Below, in pieces: positions 8,031-16,983 of a DNA stretch of 20,000 bases; position 1 is the stretch's first letter, and every line of letters begins with the position of its first letter. Source of the stretch: an uncultured virus (IMG/VR IMGVR_UViG_3300000115_000013) (taxonomy: Duplodnaviria; Heunggongvirae; Uroviricota; Caudoviricetes); IMG/VR virus record IMGVR_UViG_3300000115_000013, positions 54,076 through 74,075 of that record. One strand, 5' to 3'. Both the position numbers and the translations under genes were made by a program. The notes below the pieces were generated by a model. The model searched no databases. It was not told the origin of the DNA and saw only the letters and a list, made by a program, of their open reading frames with translations.

Positions 8031-9023
8031 TTATTTTTTCTTAGTCTGTAGCATTAGTGGCAAATTATCTATTTTATTTTTAGATTTAGTTGCATCTTTA
8101 GATTTTGGTTTTCCTAGTTTTTCTTCTATGCTATCAATTATTTGTTTCATAACATTATCATCAAAAATCATAAGATCTTCGCTATCACGTTCTATAGCAA
8201 AATCATGCGTTACTCTAAATGGTTGATATTCTCTAGTTTCTTTGCCATTATCAATAATTGTAAAATCTTTATTTCCAGGGTATGAAATATTTTCAGGATA
8301 TGTTGCCCCTATTACTACCGTAGCTGGTTTTCCTAATGCGTTTGCATAATGTTGTCCCATGCTATCACATCCTAAGAAATAATCACATGCATTAACAATA
8401 CCCATCCATTGTAACAAATTTGTATCATTTGGCATAACAGCACCCATTTGTTTTTCTGTGGGTATTTCTAAATTTGTCATTAATATAACAGCGTAATTTT
8501 TTGACAATTCATCAACAATACGTGTAATATCTCTAACTTCAAAACTACGACCACTACTATCATATAAGAAATTACCATCACGTTTTGCGCCAGATCCTAG
8601 TGGTTGGAATACTATAGCTTTTTCTTTTCCAGTTTGCTGTTTAAGTTGCGCAATCATATTATGCCCATATACTTGATCAGCTTTATTAATTTCTAAGTTA
8701 AATGATTTCGATTCAGGAATATCATCAAGGTCATTAATAAGTATATCAAATGCTTGAATTAGATTTACTTTTTGAGTAAAATATGCATTCAATCTATAGG
8801 GCTCGGGACTGATAAGTTCAGTTTGTTTTAGTTTATCCCATAATCCTTTGCTATTTGCTGGCCAAATATTATTACGTAATTTTTTGCTACTATAAAATAA
8901 TTCTTGCCAAGCTTCAGCAACAATTACAACATCGTCTGCAACATTATCTTTGTAGTATTCTAAACCAGGAATACTACAAAGAACTCTACCGGCGCCGCCG
9001 TTAATAAAAAATGATTTTTTCAT
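8031..9023 (-). CDS. GT-B glycosyltransferase, GT9 (ADP-heptose heptosyltransferase)-like
   Basis: N-terminal GGAGRVLCSIP (GxxGDxx-like, with R in place of the usual D), IVFQPLGS, and C-terminal IVNACDYFLGCDSMGQHYANALGKPATVVIGAT matching the GT9 DSGxxHxAxAxGxPxVxxFG signature. Confidence 0.7.
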   Translation of the reverse strand: MKKSFFINGGAGRVLCSIPGLEYYKDNVADDVVIVAEAWQELFYSSKKLRNNIWPANSKGLWDKLKQTELISPEPYRLNAYFTQKVNLIQAFDILINDLDDIPESKSFNLEINKADQVYGHNMIAQLKQQTGKEKAIVFQPLGSGAKRDGNFLYDSSGRSFEVRDITRIVDELSKNYAVILMTNLEIPTEKQMGAVMPNDTNLLQWMGIVNACDYFLGCDSMGQHYANALGKPATVVIGATYPENISYPGNKDFTIIDNGKETREYQPFRVTHDFAIERDSEDLMIFDDNVMKQIIDSIEEKLGKPKSKDATKSKNKIDNLPLMLQTKKK

Positions 9024-9036
9024 GTATTTCTTTCAT

Positions 9037-9081
9037 TATAATGTAAACGGTAGATAGAAAATACCGCATAGTTACATTATA
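9037..9081. repeat. Imperfect inverted repeat / hairpin in the intergenic leader
   Basis: TATAATGTAA (9037-9046) pairs with TTACATTATA (9072-9081); inner CGGTA (9048-9052) pairs with TACCG (9062-9066). Confidence 0.75.
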
Positions 9082-9103
9082 GCTAATCTAGATTAATTGT
9101 CAA
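9076..9103 (-). promoter_or_regulatory. Consensus sigma70 promoter for the glycosyltransferase-carbamoyltransferase operon
   Basis: Minus strand TTGACA (9103-9098), 16 nt, TATAAT (9081-9076), 52 nt upstream of ATG 9023. Confidence 0.8.
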
Positions 9104-9119
9104 GATATTTTTATTAAAT

Positions 9120-10217
9120 TTAAGAGCAAACCCAACTAACACAGATCATACCCATTCGACCACTGTCTCCACCACAAGAATTACAACCGCCACCAACTGT
9201 ACCAGCGGCTCCGCCTGATCCTGGAATTTGTCTATTATTACACCCAGTGAAATTACATCCAAAACAACTTGTACCTTGTTGCCAATAAGTCATAGCGCAA
9301 CTACAATCTTCATATCCAAATACTGGTGCTGGGCAGGTATAAGTTTGGGCGTTGGTTAAGTTGTTTTGCGATACTTGCATCATTGGGAACATTGATGGTA
9401 TACCGTATGCTGTACCATTGTATGTGGTTAGGACACTAGGAGTATACGCCCATGTTCTCTGACAATCATATAAGAAGTCAATACACATACTATCATTACC
9501 ACTATCCCAACAAAAATTCCAACCACTACAATTTTCAGGACCACACTTATCAGATTGACAACCTGGCATCTGAAAGGTGCTATTAGCTTGGAGATTGTTT
9601 ACCGCAGCAACACAATTCCATTTGCAGAAACAACCATTGGTATCACCACTACAGGTAGTAATACAAACGTTAGCATTACCACTACAAATACAAGTACTAC
9701 CTCCACATCCACCGTGGCTAGTTTGATAAGCAAAACAACAATAAGCACACCCGGCACACAAACACCAACAATGTCCTGGAGTCACATCTAATTCTACCAC
9801 ACTATAAGCACCACTAGCACCAAACGGTGCTCCTCCACAGCAACAATTACTGCCTGTTCCTGATCCAGGACCCCAACTTTGGAATCTAGCTCTACTTACA
9901 CCTGGTGGTACACACCAAGTACAGCTCTGTCCACATCTAAAGTAACTACTGGTATCGCATACTTTAAAACCGTTTGCTTGACTTCCTGTGACTGTTCCAA
10001 TTGTGGCTGCCCATTCTGCTTTTAAAGCAGCGGTAGATCCACTAAAGTCATCGTTACTGCCACTGCCACTGGCCCGCGACTTACACCAATCACCTGATTG
10101 GCTTTTCTCTCCACAATATTGTTCCAATGTTGGAGTTGTACCTGATCCAGCAGCTGGCATTAGTGTAAGTAGTCTTGCATTTTCTTTTAGTGCGGCATAT
10201 AGTAAAACGTCACTCAT
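9120..10217 (-). CDS. Cys/Gly-rich putative tail-fibre tip/adhesin protein, paralogue A
   Basis: About 39 Cys in 365 aa (hand count); CTWCVPPGV..RFQSWGPGSG..CCCGG..GASGAY...GMICVSW follows the TWTVPAGV..WGAGGGG..GGY..G.V.V.W scaffold of Gly-rich phage tail domains; AAGGA RBS. Confidence 0.55.
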   Translation of the reverse strand: MSDVLLYAALKENARLLTLMPAAGSGTTPTLEQYCGEKSQSGDWCKSRASGSGSNDDFSGSTAALKAEWAATIGTVTGSQANGFKVCDTSSYFRCGQSCTWCVPPGVSRARFQSWGPGSGTGSNCCCGGAPFGASGAYSVVELDVTPGHCWCLCAGCAYCCFAYQTSHGGCGGSTCICSGNANVCITTCSGDTNGCFCKWNCVAAVNNLQANSTFQMPGCQSDKCGPENCSGWNFCWDSGNDSMCIDFLYDCQRTWAYTPSVLTTYNGTAYGIPSMFPMMQVSQNNLTNAQTYTCPAPVFGYEDCSCAMTYWQQGTSCFGCNFTGCNNRQIPGSGGAAGTVGGGCNSCGGDSGRMGMICVSWVCS

Positions 10218-10235
10218 TTTGTTTCCTTTAGATTA

Positions 10236-10895
10236 TTATAACACAGTATCTGGATCTGGTAATGTTTTTAATAGATTTACTACAGCCATTGGTAATTTTG
10301 GTAGGTTACCTTCTGCTACAGTAATATATTTCCATGGTAATACACTAGCATTAGCCGTAGTATAATCACTAGCGGCTGTTTTAAAAGCAGCAATCAACGC
10401 TTTAGTATCATCATCTAAATCATATGTATTTTCATATTTTTCAACATACCGTAGTCTTTTATCAAGTATTAGTTCATGTGTAGTTTTCTCAAGTTTATAT
10501 AATGGAACTAATTCAACATCTGTTCCATCAGAATTAACTACTAAATCTTTCCAATCTCTTAGTCTAGGATTGGTTATTTTTTTATAAACACTACCATCTG
10601 CTTGTATTTCATCTTCATACGTATATTCAAAATCTTCAGCTAACGTTTTCATCCATTGCCCAATTTCAGGCCTAGTATTACAGTCAATTTCGACAATAGT
10701 ACACTGTGGATGTTCATCTTGCGGAATTTCTTTTTCAGTATCAAATCCCATTAAATTATCCCCATGAATTGCTGCCCATACAGTATCAGTACCAGTATAC
10801 GTATACGTAGCTGTGTTAACTGGGTCATCTGTCCATTTGTTTAACCAGAGCTCATCTTGAACATTAACTGTGAATTCTTTTGTTATATTTGCCAT
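10236..10895 (-). CDS. Acidic hypothetical protein, possibly tail-fibre assembly chaperone-like
   Basis: 219-aa ORF between the two Cys-rich genes; helical C-terminus (LDKRLRY...LIAAFKTA...LPWKY...LPKLP) loosely resembles tail assembly chaperones. Function is inference. Confidence 0.4.
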   Translation of the reverse strand: MANITKEFTVNVQDELWLNKWTDDPVNTATYTYTGTDTVWAAIHGDNLMGFDTEKEIPQDEHPQCTIVEIDCNTRPEIGQWMKTLAEDFEYTYEDEIQADGSVYKKITNPRLRDWKDLVVNSDGTDVELVPLYKLEKTTHELILDKRLRYVEKYENTYDLDDDTKALIAAFKTAASDYTTANASVLPWKYITVAEGNLPKLPMAVVNLLKTLPDPDTVL

Positions 10896-10914
10896 ATTTT
10901 TTTACCTTCGTAAT

Positions 10915-10921
10915 TATTTAT
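10915..10921 (-). promoter_or_regulatory. ATAAATA late-promoter-like motif
   Basis: GATAAATA 19 nt upstream of ATG 10895, followed by AAGGT RBS; the motif recurs in three other gaps. Confidence 0.6.
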
Positions 10922-10929
10922 CTTATTCA

Positions 10930-11955
10930 TCACTGTGACCACCATGACACTTTTACATGTCCTGGGTGTGGCTGTCCACCGCAATTTGAGTTCGCTCCAC
11001 CCATATGATGGGCATACGTGGCTCCTTGACCCCAGTGTTCACACTGGCAGGTATTACAATAAGCACCGCAATTAATACCGCCGCAGCATTGCCCACTAGA
11101 AAACGTAGAACAACAATCACAAGTTCCAGTTAGCTGAGTATGATCGTGTTTTATTCCTGGCGGTCTTATTTTATATCCATAATGGTTTGTGTCGAAACAC
11201 GTGACTGGGTAAACACTGCCAAACCCACCATAATTGGAAGTTGCTTGAGTTCCACCTAAACTTACATAAAATTGTCGATCAGGATCTACTGAATATTCAA
11301 CTTCTCCGCACGTTGCACAGCTACTAGCAAAACAATAATCACCACCACTATTACAAATACATGCTCCGGATGCGGTTTGGGTTTTTGCTTGGAATCTACA
11401 ACAACTCGCACCCGACAGTACTTGTATATGTCTAAATACACCACTACAGCCACCAAATGCACACATACATACTTCATAATCTGTGCCAGCCATTCCAGTT
11501 ACAGTGGAAGCACAATGGGTACATGCACCAACTCCTCTACCAGGATGACAACATTGAGCACACGCTGAACATAGTACATAGGTTGCACCAGGGCAAACAT
11601 CAGCAATTGCTACTGCATACGCACCATTTGCTCCATATTCTGATCCACCGCAACAACACCCAGGCATCGTGTTTGCTCCTGCTCCCCATATCTGGAACAT
11701 AGCTTTATTGGTACCAGCTGGCACAGTCCAGGTACAGTCGGCGCCACATCGATAGGGACACGAACTGTGTTGTACGTCAAGTACATTTGATGCTGTTTTT
11801 CCAGCACCACAATACGGTAGTAACACCCATCCTTCTGTACAAAATGGACAATTATCTAAGGCAGCTTGTAAGCCTGCCAAGTTGGTATCTTCAATGCATT
11901 GTTGCATAGTTTTATTTGATTCCATAATCTGGTTATATAATAATGCATCTGCCAT
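10930..11955 (-). CDS. Cys/Gly-rich putative tail-fibre tip/adhesin protein, paralogue B
   Basis: About 38 Cys in 341 aa; shares MxDxLLY, RCGxxCTWxVPxG, FQxWGxG, CCCGG, GAxGAY, DVxPG, CAxCC, CGG and terminal VSW with 9120-10217. Confidence 0.55.
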   Translation of the reverse strand: MADALLYNQIMESNKTMQQCIEDTNLAGLQAALDNCPFCTEGWVLLPYCGAGKTASNVLDVQHSSCPYRCGADCTWTVPAGTNKAMFQIWGAGANTMPGCCCGGSEYGANGAYAVAIADVCPGATYVLCSACAQCCHPGRGVGACTHCASTVTGMAGTDYEVCMCAFGGCSGVFRHIQVLSGASCCRFQAKTQTASGACICNSGGDYCFASSCATCGEVEYSVDPDRQFYVSLGGTQATSNYGGFGSVYPVTCFDTNHYGYKIRPPGIKHDHTQLTGTCDCCSTFSSGQCCGGINCGAYCNTCQCEHWGQGATYAHHMGGANSNCGGQPHPGHVKVSWWSQ

Positions 11956-11983
11956 ATTTTCTTTTACCTTTGTTTACTAATTC

Positions 11984-11990
11984 TATTTAT
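11984..11990 (-). promoter_or_regulatory. ATAAATA late-promoter-like motif
   Basis: GATAAATA overlapping the stop of the 1568-aa gene, upstream of AAGGT RBS and ATG 11955. Confidence 0.6.
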
Positions 11991-14900
11991 CATTGCTCAA
12001 CAACTGCAATTTCAGTTACAGTACCAGTTGTACTATCGTATGTAATAGTTACATCGTTAGTTTTTCCTGCAACTGAATCAGCTTCAGTATAACTTTTTAC
12101 ACGTTTAAAGCTACCAAATTTGAGCGCACCAGCGTCTGCTCTACCAACAGTTTCATATACTATATTAGTATATGCAATTGAACCAACTGTTCCTGCAGTT
12201 ACAAATCCGGATGCATCTAGTGTAAGGCTACTTTGTAGGAATGTGTTTGTTAATCCAGCACCGCCGCCGCCTGAGCCGTATTCAAAACCAGTTCCCCCAG
12301 CATTTACTTTAAGTACTTTTCCAGCAGCACCAATTGCCAATCTCTCAGGAGCAGTTGCCCCTCTTACGATAATATCGCCTTGTGTTGTTAATAATGATTT
12401 AGCAATTTTAGTATCTGCATAAGTTTTAACAGCCTGTTCTGTCGGGACTGATAAGTTACTATTACCTGACAACGACCCATCACTACTAAATTCGTTAATA
12501 CTTTCTCCCAATTGAGCACCAATACTACCAAGTCTTAAACTTGTCAAACCAGCTAGGTCAAATGCACTTGCATCCAATGTAGCTCTACCAGTAGCTTGGT
12601 CAACTCTAAAGTAACTACCAACTCTAAAGTTACCATCTTGGTCTGTACTTACATAGTAAACACGTCCTGGGAATGTTTCAGTAACTTCTCTACCTTGTGC
12701 TGCATCTTGTGTTGGTACACCTGGATAGTTACTGCTTTGTTTTGTACCAGTACCAATACTTAGGAAGTCATGTCCTGTTAAACGTACTTGACTATATCTG
12801 TATCTGATATTGAATCGTTGTCCATAGTATGTTGCCGATGTATTTTGTTTTTCCGTTGCCAATGTTACGGTAACTGTGCCACCTTGTGTATCATTTGATT
12901 CTTTAACATAATTACTTACACTTGTGATAATATAAGTTAAAGCATCTACACCTGTATTTTGATCATCGGTAATATCTGTGTTATCTGCTGGATTTATTAC
13001 TGGACCAGTAATAAATTCTAAACTACCGCCTGCTACTGGAATACTACTAAGGCCACCTAGTACCATGGCAAATCCAAATTGTCCTTGGTTTGCCTCGTCA
13101 GTACCTGCCGGATTCGTTAGTGTCGCAAATTGTCCATCTTGTGCTGTGATGACTGTATTGTTAGCAAACGGATAAGTCATCATACCATGTACTTGCTCTC
13201 TAAACGCATCTGCTGTACTATGTTGTGTTGTTGTTTCGTATTTAATTGTTGGTCTTGCGCCAATTGGCTTGACTGCATTTGCTGTTGCGCTTACAAAAGA
13301 GTGGGTACTAGCTGCCGCCGCTCCAGTTGCTACGCCAACATTAACTGTAATTGTTGTAGCTGTTACCTCAAGTATTGATATATAAGTTTCAAATACACCC
13401 GCACTACTCGCTTTTGGATATGCAATTTGTGCTGTATTACCATCATATGCACACGTAAATGTCAAACTTGCATTATCTAAAATAATATGTGACCCCAAGG
13501 CTAAACTGTGTGCGCCAATTTCCAATACCATCACACCAGTAGTTGGATCATATGTAGTTCCAGTTGTTGGGGTGAATCTTCTTCCTCCACCCATTCCAGG
13601 ATGATTTTTACATACTGCATATAAATCTGCGACGGAGCCAATTACTCTAACTTCTCTAGCAGTTGCGGAAGCAAACCCACTATCATAAGCAGCTAAGTTG
13701 CCTACATTTATACCATCTAACCAGTACTCTACACTTGATCCACTACCAAGTCCAGCTGCCGCATCTTTAGCTACAGTATGTTCTGCGCCGCCAGCATGGA
13801 TACCGTCAGCAGTTGTACTAAAATATAGTGGATGACTAATATTAGTAGTATCATTTTGTTCAAAAATGTACATCCTGTGTTTAGTATCCATTTTAATAGC
13901 TTGTGCTTCTTGCCCATTAAACAGATATCTGTTTCCCAATCCATTATTTTGAACAGTTACTTTAAATGTTTGCCCTGCATAACCATGATAGATATCATTA
14001 ATAACTAGTCTATGCTTAGTTGCTGGATTTAAATTTGTTTGTATATTAGCAACCTTAGCTGTATATTTTGTTGATAGTACATTTCCTCCCGATAGTGTAG
14101 TACCGTTTAGAATTCTTGTTGCACTACCGCCACTAGTATAAGCTGTATACGCTGTTCCGTCTACACTTGATGTAAGTCCGGCATCACTATAAAGTTCAAA
14201 CGTGTTAGTTGTAACATTGGCTGCATAATAGTCATTTCCATTAAGTTGTGTCATACCTGCAACACCTGTTACTGCTTGAACTAATTGATTATTAGAATAT
14301 CCGTGATTAGCTGCCGTTACAATAACTGGATTACTACGTGTTGCGTCTTGAATTGCCACTGTAACAAATCCCCAACCAGCAAGTGATCGTGTATCTAGAT
14401 AATTAGTTAAATCTGGGTTTGAACATATTCTAAAACTAGTTGTATCTACAACGTCTGCATACCATGTTCTGTTATACATAGTTGCTGTTCCGTGGCTACC
14501 TAAAATTGGCTGCCATACGGTTTCAGGAATGCTACTAAATGCAAATCCTTCACCTTCAGAAAATCCATGAGCACCTGTTGTGGTAACAGTTGCCTGTTGG
14601 GCTATACTTATTCCAGTTATTGACTGTGATGAATCAGTCTGTGAACCAGTTATTGTATCACCAACTGTAAATCCATCTGTTGTATTAAGAGTTGATACTG
14701 TGTACTCAACTGTATCACCATAAACATATCCGCTTAGTGGAAATTCAGAAGTATCAAAACCTTGTGAAACTGCACCGTATTCGCCGTAACTGTTGTTACC
14801 GTTTAGCGCACGTATTTTACCGCCGCCAGTAGCAGCATAACCGTAAGTATTATAGTATGTAAAGCAACTAACAATTTCACTCAATCCGTTGTCTTTTATC

Positions 14901-16696
14901 CAAAATCCTATGCCACCGTTATGTACTTGTGTAAATGTGTGAAACACCATACTACCCGCTGTACCTGCGGCAACAACCGATCCATCTACAATAGCACCAA
15001 CGCCTCCTGTTGAGAACGCACTTGATTCTTTGATGTATGGAGATTTGACTAATGTAGCACCGGGTTCAATTCTAAAGTAACAACCTTTAACTGTCGACGC
15101 TGTAATATCACTTGGTGTATTGTCAACAAATCCGGTTAAACCTTTAAGGAGTAAGCCTTCTATCATTGTTCCACTGTTTACAAAAAACATTGTAGCTTCA
15201 TTGTTTGGTGTTACACCATCATCACTAATACCTGCACCAAATCCACCATCATTCACTGTGTCTGGTTGGATTATACAGTTACGCTGTCCGTCACCAACAA
15301 TAGTTGTGTTGACAGGAATATGAATTGGAAGTTGTTCGTTGTATGTACCGTCTTTAACAAAGATAGTAGCTGGTGTTCTGTTTGCAACATCAGCGTTGAT
15401 ATAATCACAGGCATATCTCAAACTAGCAAACGCATAGTCAATTGCCTGTCCATGATTTACATCATCAGCACTACTTGTTGAATCTTCTGCTACATAATAA
15501 ATTTTATCATTGGCATTAGAGAATTGCCAACTATAGTTTATACCATCTGGTGTTTGTAAATACTTACCAGCTTGACCTGCTGTATTTGGAAGCACATAAC
15601 TAGCGCCAACAACAAAACTAGTCCATAGTCCATTTCCACTATCTACAAAAAAGTCACTACCTGCTACGTGATCACTAGCTGCAATATATGTACTGACACT
15701 TTCACTAACAATATCGTCTTTAAGATATGTTGTGCCAGCTGTCCAGGCTCCCATATAACGAACGCCACTATTAAACTTTACCCATTTATTTGCAGCTAGG
15801 TCAGTATTAAATACTCCTGACGTGTGACTAATTAAACAATTATAAGTATTACCTCCGTATACTACAATATCGTTAATTGAAAAGGCTGTTGATGTTATCC
15901 AATCACCTCTTGAATTTACACCAGTTGAAAATAGTTCCCATTCAGTTGTATTTGTATCTGGAGATTTACCAACGTTATCAATTCTAGCTGAATAAACGTT
16001 TCCACCAAATCTTACAGTTTCACCAACAAAATAATCTGTAGTCGGTCCCCATAACCCTCTAAAATTATTACCTGTACTAAACAGCTCCCAAAATCCGCCA
16101 TTAGTTGGTTTATTTCCAGATGTTTCTAGTGTACAACGATAAATGTTGGCACCGTAGGCTACTAAGTCACCTGGTACATAATTAACGGCATTATTATAAA
16201 CACCTGCTGCACTAATTCCATCAACAAACTGATCCCAATATGTTGAAGCCGTTGGCAAATTTCCTGTCGTATCTTGTTTAGCAATATATGTTTTTGCACC
16301 ATATTGTACTATATCATTCTTTTGATAAACGCCTGCGCTACTGTAAACACCTTCCCATTGAATACCATCTGCAAATTGGCTCCAGTATGTTGCATTTGGA
16401 GGGGTGTTTCCTTGTGTGTCAGCTATAGCAATATATACTGCACCACCATGTGCAACCCCGTCACCAACACGATATTGTGTTGCTCCATCATATACTTGTC
16501 TAAATTTAAAACCTTCTACCATTAACGCCCAATATGCTGCGTTTGTTGGGAGGTTTCCAGCTGTTCGTGTCACGCTACTGTAAACGTAAACGTTACCACC
16601 ATACTTTACTACATCATTAATTTCATAAGTTGTGGCTACTTGCCAATCACCTGCAAAGTGAAATCTTAGTTTACCAAGGTCTAATATTGTTGCCAT
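11990..16696 (-). CDS. Large multidomain virion structural / receptor-binding protein (1568 aa)
   Basis: Seven N-terminal CBM5/12-like repeats; pectin-lyase-like beta-helix (YYVA..D..G...AFASL..A...TIFVKDGTYNEQLPI...TIVGDGQR); two FCCH-like beta modules (VTTTGAHGF, NPVIVTAANHGY..GMTQLNG..NTFELY); H...CxxHxxM segment; C-terminal SQVRLTGHDFLSIGTG, STDQDGNFRVG, INEFSSDG, VPTEQAVKTY and TTQGDI...ERLAIG motifs that I recognise from marine myovirus structural proteins. Confidence 0.75.
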   Translation of the reverse strand: MATILDLGKLRFHFAGDWQVATTYEINDVVKYGGNVYVYSSVTRTAGNLPTNAAYWALMVEGFKFRQVYDGATQYRVGDGVAHGGAVYIAIADTQGNTPPNATYWSQFADGIQWEGVYSSAGVYQKNDIVQYGAKTYIAKQDTTGNLPTASTYWDQFVDGISAAGVYNNAVNYVPGDLVAYGANIYRCTLETSGNKPTNGGFWELFSTGNNFRGLWGPTTDYFVGETVRFGGNVYSARIDNVGKSPDTNTTEWELFSTGVNSRGDWITSTAFSINDIVVYGGNTYNCLISHTSGVFNTDLAANKWVKFNSGVRYMGAWTAGTTYLKDDIVSESVSTYIAASDHVAGSDFFVDSGNGLWTSFVVGASYVLPNTAGQAGKYLQTPDGINYSWQFSNANDKIYYVAEDSTSSADDVNHGQAIDYAFASLRYACDYINADVANRTPATIFVKDGTYNEQLPIHIPVNTTIVGDGQRNCIIQPDTVNDGGFGAGISDDGVTPNNEATMFFVNSGTMIEGLLLKGLTGFVDNTPSDITASTVKGCYFRIEPGATLVKSPYIKESSAFSTGGVGAIVDGSVVAAGTAGSMVFHTFTQVHNGGIGFWIKDNGLSEIVSCFTYYNTYGYAATGGGKIRALNGNNSYGEYGAVSQGFDTSEFPLSGYVYGDTVEYTVSTLNTTDGFTVGDTITGSQTDSSQSITGISIAQQATVTTTGAHGFSEGEGFAFSSIPETVWQPILGSHGTATMYNRTWYADVVDTTSFRICSNPDLTNYLDTRSLAGWGFVTVAIQDATRSNPVIVTAANHGYSNNQLVQAVTGVAGMTQLNGNDYYAANVTTNTFELYSDAGLTSSVDGTAYTAYTSGGSATRILNGTTLSGGNVLSTKYTAKVANIQTNLNPATKHRLVINDIYHGYAGQTFKVTVQNNGLGNRYLFNGQEAQAIKMDTKHRMYIFEQNDTTNISHPLYFSTTADGIHAGGAEHTVAKDAAAGLGSGSSVEYWLDGINVGNLAAYDSGFASATAREVRVIGSVADLYAVCKNHPGMGGGRRFTPTTGTTYDPTTGVMVLEIGAHSLALGSHIILDNASLTFTCAYDGNTAQIAYPKASSAGVFETYISILEVTATTITVNVGVATGAAAASTHSFVSATANAVKPIGARPTIKYETTTQHSTADAFREQVHGMMTYPFANNTVITAQDGQFATLTNPAGTDEANQGQFGFAMVLGGLSSIPVAGGSLEFITGPVINPADNTDITDDQNTGVDALTYIITSVSNYVKESNDTQGGTVTVTLATEKQNTSATYYGQRFNIRYRYSQVRLTGHDFLSIGTGTKQSSNYPGVPTQDAAQGREVTETFPGRVYYVSTDQDGNFRVGSYFRVDQATGRATLDASAFDLAGLTSLRLGSIGAQLGESINEFSSDGSLSGNSNLSVPTEQAVKTYADTKIAKSLLTTQGDIIVRGATAPERLAIGAAGKVLKVNAGGTGFEYGSGGGGAGLTNTFLQSSLTLDASGFVTAGTVGSIAYTNIVYETVGRADAGALKFGSFKRVKSYTEADSVAGKTNDVTITYDSTTGTVTEIAVVEQ
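15605..16666 (-). repeat. Seven tandem ~49-aa carbohydrate-binding-like protein repeats
   Basis: Consensus GxW/Y....Y...D.V.YGG..Y.......GN.P....W.....G repeated seven times in residues ~11-363, diverged at DNA level. Confidence 0.8.
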
Positions 16697-16722
16697 TTTT
16701 GCGTCCTACTTTATACTTATTA

Positions 16723-16729
16723 TATTTAT
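16723..16729 (-). promoter_or_regulatory. ATAAATA late-promoter-like motif
   Basis: CATAAATA overlapping the stop of the 85-aa gene, upstream of AGGA RBS and ATG 16696. Confidence 0.6.
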
Positions 16730-16983
16730 GCCAGGAATACCATTTGTAAATGTCCTGTTGTATGGTTAAATTGAAACTCAATCGAGTCTACACTCCAAAA
16801 ATGTTGCCGGTAATCGTCACCGCCAATATTTTCTGGATCTGGGATCATAATTGGTGTTGTACCATCATTGATAATTTCCACTGTTAAATCCCCATTAACT
16901 GGATTTAATTTAAATCCATAAAATGTTTTATCACCGTACTGTGTTCCTTCGTATATTCCACCGGTGCTGTCTGAATGTGCCAT
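16726..16983 (-). CDS. Hypothetical phage protein (85 aa)
   Basis: ORF in the structural cluster, TAATG-coupled to the upstream gene; beta-rich composition. Confidence 0.7.
   Translation of the reverse strand: MAHSDSTGGIYEGTQYGDKTFYGFKLNPVNGDLTVEIINDGTTPIMIPDPENIGGDDYRQHFWSVDSIEFQFNHTTGHLQMVFLA

Noticed and set aside
9120..11955. Cys-rich proteins as multiheme cytochromes fed by hemA
   Set aside because: No canonical CxxCH motifs (only one CAQCCH), no signal peptides, no maturation genes.
3238..16525. Short opposite-strand or alternate-frame ORFs (3238, 4212, 6481, 9555, 9988, 11286, 11377, 11457, 11610, 12120, 12978, 13130, 15120, 15266, 16274)
   Set aside because: They lie within or largely overlap longer, motif-bearing genes and have no recognisable motifs of their own.
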